From the NCBI GenBank assembly GCA_963763775.1, contig CAVXPZ010000001.1:1152001-1216000 (forward strand): 64,000 nt of DNA. The letters are read 5' to 3'. This document shows, in pieces, positions 1 to 8,272 of the stretch; within the stretch, counting starts at the first letter, position 1, and each line of letters opens with the position of its first letter. The position numbers and the translations under genes were made by a program. The stretch comes from an uncultured Chloroflexia bacterium (lineage in GTDB: Bacteria; Chloroflexota; Limnocylindria; Limnocylindrales; CSP1-4). The notes beneath the pieces are model-generated. The model was not told where the DNA came from. It saw only the letters and a program-made list of their open reading frames with translations, and searched no databases.

Positions 1-1
1 C

Positions 2-304
2 GACCCCGACGCGATCGAGCGGACGCTGGGGTTCAAGCCGGTGATCAGGTCTACCCCTGAGGCGGCCGAGCGCGCGTACCTCGACATGCTGGAGCACAAC
101 CGGACGCCGGTCTCCCGGATGGAGGGCGACGTCTCGGTGTGGCTCGGCACGCCCGATCAGATCGCCGGCACCATGCTCGACTATCGGCGCGCGGGTTTCC
201 ACACGTTCATCGCCGAGCTGGCGGCGCCATATGACATGGAGACCATGGAGTCGCTGATCGGCGTCGTGAAGCCGATGGTCGAGGACCAGACCGCCGGGAC
301 ATAG
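2..304 (+). CDS. LLM-class (luciferase-like) flavin/F420-dependent oxidoreductase, C-terminal part (truncated by window edge)
   Basis: Open frame from base 2; WLGTPDQIAGTMLDYRRAGFHTFI resembles the LLM C-terminal 'GTPEQ..E.L..Y...G' motif. Confidence 0.7.
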   Translation, partial: DPDAIERTLGFKPVIRSTPEAAERAYLDMLEHNRTPVSRMEGDVSVWLGTPDQIAGTMLDYRRAGFHTFIAELAAPYDMETMESLIGVVKPMVEDQTAGT

Positions 305-378
305 CCCGCGACGGCCGTTCCGGGACGGCCTCGCACGGAGCGCAATCGTATGTATGCATCCGATGCTACGCTTCATCC

Positions 379-1450
379 ATGGGAGCGGAGCAGGACGGAC
401 GGTCGAACGGCGGCGGCCGTCCGCGGGCCGCGCCGACCATGCGGGACATCGCCGCGGTCGCCGGCGTCTCGCAGAGCACGGTGTCGCGGGTCCTGAACGA
501 CGTCCCGACGCGGGTGCCGATCGCCCCCGAGACCCGCGAACGCGTCACGCTCGCCGCTCGCAAGCTCGGCTATCGGCCGAACCCGCTCGCGCGCGGCCTC
601 CGCGGGGCGCCGACGATGCTCCTCGGTGCCGTCGTCCGCGACATCACCGACCCATTCTTCGCGGGTGCCGTGGAGGCCCTGTCGGTCGCGGCGATGGCCC
701 ATGGCTACAACCTCGTGCTCGGACACGCCCGTGGCCGCGCGGATGAGGCCCTGGCGCTCACCGCGGTGCTCGAGACCCGCCACTGCGACGCGATCGTCCT
801 GCTCGGCGACCTCCAGGATCAGCCGCGACTGCTCGGGCGATCTCGCCGATCTCATCGTGCCGGTCGTCGGCCTGTGGCAGGGCTCGAGCCCGATCGGGGT
901 GGCCACCGTCGACGTCGACAACGAGGTCGGCGTCCGGGCCGGGCTCGATCACCTGGTCGGGCTCGGCCACGAACGGATCGCCTTCGTGAGCGGCCGTCCG
1001 TTCGGCGACATCCGCGAGCGAGAAGCCGCGTATGCCGCGTACATGGAGCAACGCTTCGGCGGCATCCGCGACGGCTACGTCCAGCACGTCTCGAACACGC
1101 CCAGCGGTGGGGACACGGCCATGCGCGCCCTCCTGGCGCTCAGCGAAGCGCCGACGGCGCTGATGACCTCGACGGACACGCTGGCGGTGGGGGCGCTCCA
1201 CGCCGCCTACGGTCGAGGGATCGTGGTGCCACGCGACCTCTCGATCGTCGGCTTCGACGACATCCTGTTCGCCAGTCATACGATCCCGGCGCTGACGACG
1301 CTCCACATGCCGACGACCGAGATCGTGGAGGAAGGCGTCCGCATCGCGATCGAGCTGGCCCGGAACCCGGCGTTCCCCCGCGACCCCAGCGTGACGCTGC
1401 GGGCGCCGCAGCTGATCATCCGGGAGTCGACGGCGGCGCCGGCGAACTGA
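379..1450 (+). CDS. LacI-family transcriptional regulator (frameshift ~837)
   Basis: HTH TMRDIAAVAGVSQSTVSRVLN and hinge LGYRPNPLARGL in ORF 379; sugar-binding half (VPRDLSIVGFDD, PALTT, LIIRES) in ORF 626..1450. Confidence 0.9.
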
Positions 1451-1456
1451 TCCGAG

Positions 1457-1957
1457 CTACGGGGCTGGCTCCTCCGGACCCCTGGCGGCCGCCGGCTCGT
1501 ACTCGCCCCACGGGTCCTCCCCCACCAGCGGCAGGAGCGGCTCGTCGGGATGGACGGTCATCCGCCACTGGGCGTAGTGGTCGTTCGAGCAGGCGCCGAC
1601 GATCGTCCGCCGGTCGGCCGCGATGGTGATCCCGTGCTCGGTCGCGAGACCGCAGATGACGCACACCGCCGGCACGTTGACCTGCGGTTCGGTCGCGCCA
1701 TGCCACGGGATCCGCGTGTGGCGGATGACGAAGCGGCCTTCGTTGACGTCGAGGCCCGACGCGTAGATCGGTCCGATCGCCTCCGTCGAGCCCGACACGT
1801 GGTTCTCGCAGTAGGTCCAGGCCGGATGGGTGATCGGGATGCCGTCGCGGATGATGCAGCTCGACTCGCTCAGGTCCTCGGCATGGTCGTGCCAGCGTCC
1901 CTCGTTGGCGCTGTTGAAGCCGCAGTTCATGCAGTTGTCGGCTCCGCCGTTCGGCAT
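1457..1957 (-). CDS. Cys/His-rich hypothetical protein, probable Zn-binding (MPNGGxDxCxxCxFN N-terminus; C-terminal CxxC...CSxxH)
   Basis: 166-aa ORF with non-shadow composition, 10 nt downstream of the macrodomain gene; motifs CMNC, CIIR, YCENH, CVIC, CSNDH. Confidence 0.7.
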   Translation of the reverse strand: MPNGGADNCMNCGFNSANEGRWHDHAEDLSESSCIIRDGIPITHPAWTYCENHVSGSTEAIGPIYASGLDVNEGRFVIRHTRIPWHGATEPQVNVPAVCVICGLATEHGITIAADRRTIVGACSNDHYAQWRMTVHPDEPLLPLVGEDPWGEYEPAAARGPEEPAP

Positions 1958-1967
1958 CCGGCGTCGC

Positions 1968-2516
1968 TCAGATCCCGGCCAGCCGGCGCCGGAAGGCGTC
2001 GATCCCGTTCGGTCGGAGCACGAACGTGACCCGCTCGATGCCGGTCTCGCCCAGGAGATGGTCCCGGACCGTGCGCAGCGCGACGTCGGCGGCCGTGTCG
2101 ATGGGGAACCCGAACGTGCCCGCGCTGATGGCCGGCGAGCAGATGCTCCTCGCGCCGAGCTCGTCCGCCACCTGCATGACGCTTCGATAGGCCGAGGCGA
2201 GGAGATCGAGCTTGTCCTGCCCGCCGAAGCCCCAGACGGGACCGACCGCGTGGATGACCCAGCGCGCCGGCAGCTCGTAGGCGCCGGTCGCCACGGCGGT
2301 GCCGGTCGGCGTGCCCGAGGGGTAGCGCTGGCGCATCTCGCCCGAGAGCTCGGGCCCGGCCGCGCGCCAGATCGCGCCGTCCACGCCGCCGCCGTTGGCG
2401 AAGGCGCTGTTGGCGGCGTTCACGATGGCGTCGGCCGGGAACTTGGTGATGTCGCCTTCGACGACGTCGAGCACGGACGTGCCGAAGGTGCGGGATGTGG
2501 CAGGTTGGCGGTCCAT
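1968..2516 (-). CDS. Macro domain protein (MacroD-type ADP-ribosylhydrolase / O-acetyl-ADP-ribose deacetylase)
   Basis: GDIT, DAIVNAAN, GGGVDGAI, VIHAVGP and PAISAGTFGFP motifs. Confidence 0.93.
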   Translation of the reverse strand: MDRQPATSRTFGTSVLDVVEGDITKFPADAIVNAANSAFANGGGVDGAIWRAAGPELSGEMRQRYPSGTPTGTAVATGAYELPARWVIHAVGPVWGFGGQDKLDLLASAYRSVMQVADELGARSICSPAISAGTFGFPIDTAADVALRTVRDHLLGETGIERVTFVLRPNGIDAFRRRLAGI

Positions 2517-2637
2517 CGGATGACTAGGCTCGACTTTCAACGACTGGGTCGGCTGGTTATATGTAGCCGCGGGCTCCGCGACATCCCGGCCGCCAGGGCC
2601 AGCGATTGAACGCGTCGTCCATGCACTCGCGCCTCAG

Positions 2638-3238
2638 CTAGAAGTCCGCGAGCACCTTGGCTTTGAGCGTCTCGTACTCCGCCTCCGAGATGAGTTCCTG
2701 CTCGAGCATCGCCTTTGCCTTTGCAAGCTTCGCCATGGGGTCCTCAGGGCTAGCCACAGCTGGGGCTGAGGGAGCGGTCGGCATCGCCCATGTAGACACC
2801 GCCAGCTTTCGCGCGCGCCTCCTCCATCTCCCGGACCCGACGCTTCTCTCGCCACTCCTGCTCGAGTTGTTGCGCAAGGCCATACAGGCGCCTCGCTTGC
2901 TCCTTCTCAATCGCGCCGATCTCCTGCTTGCCTGCCGCTGTCTCGATCACAATCTCAGTACTGAGCATCCCCTGCTTCATCGATACGTCAAGCACGTCCT
3001 GCCACTGATAGTCATGGAAGCTCACGCGACCCAGGACGCCGGGGGAGAATCCGAGTAATTCGGTTCGAAGTGATAACTACGGCGTCTTTCCTGATCGAGA
3101 GGGCGGTGGCGCCCTGCACTGCGATGTAGAAATCTCCTCGTTGGGCGTCAGGATCTTCGCGACGTCTCGAGCCACCTTCTGTAGTGCGTCGGAATCCTGG
3201 CCCGCCTCCACGTGCTTGATGGGAATGGGCTGCGTCAT
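2638..3238 (-). CDS. Bacterial PH-domain protein with C-terminal SHOCT domain (about 3 frameshifts; lower GC)
   Basis: Joined frames read MTQPIPIKH...ILTPNEEI, DAVVITSNRI, FHDYQWQDVLDVSMKQGMLSTEI and the SHOCT-like DPMAKLAKAKAMLEQELISEAEYETLKAKVL; GAGGAGG RBS upstream. Confidence 0.75.
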
Positions 3239-3363
3239 CCGTTCCTCCTCGTTTCTGGCCCTATGGCGCCTCGTGCGTCTCGTCGCATCGGCGGCCGCAC
3301 ACAAGAGTTTCCTTGCGCGCCGACGGACTCGCAAATCGCTCGACCGATGGCGATGGGCATCGT

Positions 3364-3393
3364 CCTACCGGTCATGCTACCGTACTTCCTACC
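3364..3393 (+). promoter_or_regulatory. Putative antitoxin autoregulatory operator (three CTACC direct repeats)
   Basis: CTACC at 3365, 3377 and 3389 (12-bp period) immediately before the antitoxin ATG. Confidence 0.35.
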
Positions 3394-3711
3394 ATGGATG
3401 AACAACGGTCGTACTCCGCCAAGGGCTTCGCCGAGACCGTCGCGCCGTACGGCAGCGACGACTCGCGGGCGCCCCACACGAAGCTGTCGATCAGCCTGCC
3501 GAGCGATCTCGTCGAGCTGGTTCGCGAGGCGGCGTCCCAGGCCGGACTGACGATGAGCGCCACCATCGGGGCGTCGCTGCGACGAACGCTCGCGGAGGCC
3601 GACCAGGAGCGGCTCGATCGGGCGCTCGCCCTGGACGCCGAGGAGAACCTCGCCTGGGCCGAGGCGTACCTTCCGATCGCCGCGAAGCTGTGGTCGGAGC
3701 TGGAGTGGTAG
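3394..3711 (+). CDS. Ribbon-helix-helix antitoxin (MazE/CopG-like)
   Basis: TKLSISLPSDLVELVREAASQAGLTMSATI is an RHH pattern; acidic C-terminus; overlaps the toxin start. Confidence 0.75.
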   Translation: MDEQRSYSAKGFAETVAPYGSDDSRAPHTKLSISLPSDLVELVREAASQAGLTMSATIGASLRRTLAEADQERLDRALALDAEENLAWAEAYLPIAAKLWSELEW

Positions 3712-4079
3712 GCATCGGTCGTGCGCCCGCAAGGATCGGTCCGTCGCGGGGCGACATCCATATCGTGGACTTTCCCGATCTCGGTGGCCACGTGATGCGT
3801 GGCCCGCACCCGGCGGTCATCGTCCAGAACGATCGGATGCTTGGGTCGAGCACCGTAACCCTGGTGCCGATGACCAGCGCCCCGCGGTCGGCTCCTGAGC
3901 GGCCTCCGTACCTCGTCGCGGTCCTCGGACGTGACTGCGGACTGAACCGCGACGGCTTTGTGAAGTGCGATCAGCTCGTGACGCTCCCGTCGACCCTGCT
4001 CGGACCAAGGGCCGGACGACTCGACCCCGCCGCCCTCGAGCGCGTCGATGCGGCGCTGCGCTTCGTCCTGGGGCTGTAG
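3705..4079 (+). CDS. mazF: PemK/MazF-family endoribonuclease toxin
   Basis: RGDIHIVDF, GHVMRGPHPAVIVQND, VPMTS, KCDQLVTL, RVDAALRFVLGL. Confidence 0.88.
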   Translation: MVGIGRAPARIGPSRGDIHIVDFPDLGGHVMRGPHPAVIVQNDRMLGSSTVTLVPMTSAPRSAPERPPYLVAVLGRDCGLNRDGFVKCDQLVTLPSTLLGPRAGRLDPAALERVDAALRFVLGL

Positions 4080-4087
4080 CGCGCGGG

Positions 4088-5930
4088 TCATCGGAGGGCC
4101 TCCAGCACGGCCGGCGAACCGATGCAGACCAGGTGCTGTCGCGCCCGCGACGCCCCGACGTAGAGCAGCCGAGTCCAGCCGCTCGTCGTCCGGCCGCAGC
4201 TCCACGAGCACGATGACCGGCCGCTCGAGGCCCTTGAAGCGGCGGATCGTGTCGCACAGGATCACGTCGCTCGGGCAGCGTCCGGAACGAGGTGCGCGCG
4301 GCTGGCCGAGATGGTGGCCGGCGTCGTCGACGGCGGGATTGCCCAGGACCTCGTTGCCGAACCGCCGCCCCGGCACGTTCCACACGGCCGAGTCCTCGAG
4401 CCGCGACGCCCGTGAGCACCGCGATGTCCCAGGGCTTGACCTCCTCCTCGACCCGCAGTCGATGCAGGAGCTTGCGCAGCGCCTCGACGGTCGCTCGGCC
4501 CGTCGGCTGCCTCGATGAACTCGGGCGGCCGGCCGTCGGTCCGCAGCGCCTCGCCGACGAGCCCGCCCTCGGCCAGCCGCTCGACGATCGCGTGGATCGG
4601 CTGCGCGTTCCGGCAGTTCGTCTCGAGCGGGAACGTCGGCAGGTCCGAGACTGCCCGATGACGTCGTCGCGGTAGATCGCCTGCGCCGGGTCGTGGAAGA
4701 CGTACAGGACGTCCTGGCGACCGTCGAACAGCAGCGCCTCGAGCGACAGCGAGCCAGTCGGCCGCGAAGTCCTGGCCCTCGTCGACGACGATCGCGTGGT
4801 ACCGCGGCCCGAGCTGCTCGACCGCCTCGTCGAGCGCCCGCGGCAGCGTCCGGTCCCACCAGTCCTGCGGCACCGGCGCGGGTCGCTCGCGGCAGCACGC
4901 CCGGCCTCGCGCCCGAGGTCCTCGCACAGCTGGTGGAACGTCTTGACATCGAGCAGTCCCGGCCGCGCCGGCGACTGCCCGCCGACCTCGTCCGCGAGCA
5001 TCGCCGCCAGCGGCGAGTTGAAGCAGACCAGCAGCGTCCGATAGCCCTCGCGCGCGAGCCGCCGCGCCTTCTCGGCCGCCAGCATCGTCTTGCCGGTCCC
5101 GGCCCCGCCGACGATCGCGGCGCGCCGCTGCGCCCGGAGCGTGTTGAGGAGATCGAATTGACCTTCGGTCAGGCGCACGACCTCGCGCTCGCCGCCGGCG
5201 ATCTCGTTGCGCAGCATCGAGTGCAGCTCGAGCGGCTCGGTCATCGTCGCGACGCAGCAGGTCGATGGCGGCGCGCCCGGGCGGCCGCGTGTCCGCCTGG
5301 CCGCTCCAGACATCGAAGGCGCGATCGACGAAGGCGTGGAGCTCACGGCGCCCGTCGTCGGTGTCGAGGAATGTCGACTGGTCGGCGATCAGGTCGACCT
5401 CGACGTCCGGCCCGAGCAGGCCAAGCCGCCCGCGCATGGTGTCGAGTTCGACGTCGGGGAAGGCGACCGCCTGACCGCGATCGGGCTTGAGGCCGGACGG
5501 CCAACCCGGCAACTCGCGAAGCTTGCGGACGAGCGAGTGACGGCTGTCGGCCGCCTGCTCGAACGGGCGATCGCGGGAGGCGGTCGGCCGCCCACCACGC
5601 GCCGTTGGCGTCGCGGCGGATCTCGCCGGCCTTCACCTCGATGGCCAGGATGCCGCGGTCCGGGTCGCCGATGACGACGTCGGCCTCGCCCTCGCGCTCG
5701 TAGCCGTGGTCGCGGAGCATCCAGCGGACGTGCGGGATGACGGCGACGTCCGGCGGGAGCACGGCACGCAGACGGGCGACGACGAGGCGCTCGGCCTCCT
5801 CGCCCCGGGTCGCGATGATGTCGCGCTCGGTCAGCGGGGACTCCCCCAGTCGATCGGTCGGGTGCTCGATGGGCAGCGTCACCGTAGCAGACGGGTCGTC
5901 GGATCCCGTCGTCGGTCGCGAGGCCGTCAT
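4088..5930 (-). CDS. NERD nuclease domain fused to a superfamily-1 helicase/ATPase (multiple frameshifts)
   Basis: NERD: GEEAERLV...EGEADVVIGDPDRGILAIEVKAG; Walker A GGAGTGKT; Walker B IVVDEGQDF; DPAQAIY; LETNCRN; TIRRFKGLE; LYVGASRARQHL. Confidence 0.88.
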
Positions 5931-6106
5931 CGGTCGGGATCCCAGTCGTCGTCCTCGACGCCGTCCTGCAGGTCGAGCGCGACGAAGTCGCGGTTGCGCT
6001 CGCACTCGCCGCAGATCGGCATGCCGGCGTCGCCCGTCGGGTCCTCGTCGGGGTCGCCGTCGAGGGCGTGACCGCACGTGGCGCACACCAGGATCTGATC
6101 CGTCAT
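5927..6106 (-). CDS. 59-aa acidic Zn-finger microprotein (CxxC-x20-CxxC), absent from the ORF track
   Basis: MTDQILVCATCGHALDGDPDEDPTGDAGMPICGECERNRDFVALDLQDGVEDDDWDPDR*; GC3-rich codons; stop overlaps the NERD-helicase start (ATGA). Confidence 0.75.
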   Translation of the reverse strand: MTDQILVCATCGHALDGDPDEDPTGDAGMPICGECERNRDFVALDLQDGVEDDDWDPDR

Positions 6107-6278
6107 CGTGGACGGCCCCTCACCCTGTCCTGCCGGAGGTCCCGGTCGACCTCCGTTCGCCCTCCACCATGCGCTCCGGCCGTGTCACCTCGCCTGTCAC
6201 GAGTGGTGCTTGGGCGCACCACGTCCAGGTCTCTCAGTGATCGAACGCACGGCAACCGCCGTGTCGGAAGATGTCGTC

Positions 6279-7070
6279 ATGTCAGACATCACGGTGCACC
6301 GGACGCCTGAGGATGAGCACCTCGCCGAGCAGGAGCGCCTGCTGGCAGAACTTACCGAGCAGTTGGCGACGACGGAAACCGAGTTCGCGACGTCGGCCGC
6401 CGAGTTCGCTCGATTTCGAACCGCGTATCTCCACAGGTTCGCGCCGCTCTACAGCGAACTCGATCATCTGCAGGCCGAAACCGCGCGCCTCCTAGCGCTC
6501 GAGGAGGACACGCCAGTCGCCCACCAACGGGCTGAAGAGGCCGCCGCCAGAGCCGAGGAGAGCGAGGAGGCCGCCAGCGCGGCGCGTCCGAATGAGAACG
6601 AGATCGTTGATGACGACGAGCCACGGGCCGTCGATGCGGACATGCGCGACCTGTACCGGCGAGCGGCCAAGGTCGTGCACCCGACATGGCGAGCTCCGAC
6701 GAGGAGCGCGAGCGCCGTACTCGGGTGATGGCCGCTGTCAATGAAGCCTACGAACGCGGGGACGCAGAGGCGATCCGCCGGATCCTGGACGGCGAGGGCA
6801 CACGACCGGGATCCGTCGAGGCCGATGACGTCGGGGCCAGGCTGATCCGCACCCTGCGCCAGATCGCCCAGGTGCGAGCGCGGCTCAGCGAGCTAGCCCA
6901 GCTACAGGAGTCGCTCCATGACGATCGGATGTGGCACCTGTTCGTCGCATCGCGCGAGGCGTGGCTGGCGGGCGAGGACCCGTTCGCGGAGGACGAGGCC
7001 GACCTCCGTGACCGCATCGCGGCCGCAAGGGCCAAGCTGGCGGCACTCGTCGGGTCGGCCGTCCTCGTAG
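6279..7070 (+). CDS. Coiled-coil plus J-domain protein (frameshift at the HPD codons ~6682; 3' end uncertain)
   Basis: MRDLYRRAAKVVHP|DMASSDEERERRTRVMAAVNEAYERGD is a J-domain; adding one C restores HPD; flanking helical regions. Confidence 0.78.
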
Positions 7071-7091
7071 GCGGCACCTGCGTCACGTCCG

Positions 7092-8042
7092 CTAGCGCCG
7101 ACCGGCAGGCTCTCGCTTCGTCACCTCACGGCCGCGTCGCGCCCGCTCGGGTCGGGCGATCGCGGCCGGGTCCGGCGGCCCGCCGGGATAGCGCTCGCCG
7201 GGGACGATCGACGCCGGTTCCGCCTCGATCGCCGACCCGCAGACCAGGCAGATCGCCTTCTCGCCCTTGCGGCCGATCGGCCCGTCGTCGGCGTCGTGGA
7301 GCCCGCCCAGCGGCTCGTCGTTGGTCGTGTAGTCGCACTTGGGGTACTTGGAGCACCCCCAGAAGACGTTCCCGGTGCGCCGCGCGCGACGCGCCTGAAG
7401 GCGCCCACCATCGTTCCTCGGGCACGCAACTTCGAACGCCAGTGGGTCGGGCGGCGGGGCGTCTTGCCCGATGTAGTCGCAGTCCGGGTACCGCGAGCAG
7501 CCGAAGAACAGGCCGAAGCGACCGCGTTTGCTGATGAGGGCCCCGTCGCCGCATTTCGGGCAGATCTCGATGGATTGCCACGGGGTGCAGTTTGGTCGCC
7601 CATCCCGGACGTGCTGCTCGTCACCGAGGGGTCGTCGTTCGTGGTGCAGCGAGAGTTCCTGACACACGAGGAACCGACCAGCCGACCCGGGCTCGATGAA
7701 CATCGGGTGACCTTCCGTGCACACCTCACCCGTGCGCTCGATTCCCTGAGCGTCGAGCGGGACCTCGACTTCGAAGGGCGGCAGGCACCCTCCGGAACGA
7801 ACGACATGGGGCGAGTCATGGCCGGCACGCAGGCGACAAGACGCGAGAAACGGCCCAGCCATCCCGAAGCCGTAGCTGGTGAAGTCGCATGGCCCGGCGT
7901 TCGCGAGGGTCCGAGCGTGGCGGTCGGAGAGCATCCGATCAACGAGTGTCGTTTCGATGGCTCCGGGCTCGTTCGGGACAGATCTCCGACCGTCGAGCCA
8001 AATCGCTCTCAGGAAGGATCTGACCTGGTCTCGTCTTTCCAT
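7092..8042 (-). CDS. Stand-alone topoisomerase-type C4 zinc-ribbon repeat protein
   Basis: CTEGH...FLVC, CPKCGDGALISKRGRFGLFFGCSRYPDC, CPRN...FWGCSKYPKC, CLVC; no TOPRIM or catalytic core. Confidence 0.8.
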   Translation of the reverse strand: MERRDQVRSFLRAIWLDGRRSVPNEPGAIETTLVDRMLSDRHARTLANAGPCDFTSYGFGMAGPFLASCRLRAGHDSPHVVRSGGCLPPFEVEVPLDAQGIERTGEVCTEGHPMFIEPGSAGRFLVCQELSLHHERRPLGDEQHVRDGRPNCTPWQSIEICPKCGDGALISKRGRFGLFFGCSRYPDCDYIGQDAPPPDPLAFEVACPRNDGGRLQARRARRTGNVFWGCSKYPKCDYTTNDEPLGGLHDADDGPIGRKGEKAICLVCGSAIEAEPASIVPGERYPGGPPDPAAIARPERARRGREVTKREPAGRR

Positions 8043-8201
8043 GTCGCGGGCGACCTCGAGCTAGTGGCGCGGGCTCCAACGATTCTGTGGCAGCCACTTG
8101 TGAAGCGAAGAGGCTCGATGGTCCTAGTGGTGTCAAGAGCGCCGTGCACGCCGCCAGGGCGATGAGACTCGGTCACCGCGGCATGCATCACCCGCAGCCC
8201 C

Positions 8202-8247
8202 GATGCATCAGAGCCTCATCGCGAATCCGGAGTGTCTTCCGGCGGCG
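8202..8247 (+). repeat. 46-bp dispersed intergenic repeat, copy 1
   Basis: GATGCATCAGAGCCTCATCGCGAATCCGGAGTGTCTTCCGGCGGCG; near-identical copies at 19143 (+) and 22061-22106 (-). Confidence 0.9.
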
Positions 8248-8272
8248 AGCTCGGCGCCGGCGACCAGCCGCC

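Noticed and set aside
341-366. LacI operator upstream of lacI (GCAATCGTATGT; GCATCCGATGC)
   Set aside because: Plausible but too degenerate to call without comparative data
3817-4091. Possible gene 'MTRALQP...' starting by ATGA overlap after the NERD-helicase, with GGAGG upstream
   Set aside because: Lies antisense to the well-supported mazF; the GGAGG and ATGA arise from the codons for LEALR*
1457-8247. Prophage, integron or ICE
   Set aside because: No integrase, transposase, structural genes, attC-like sites or flanking direct repeats were seen
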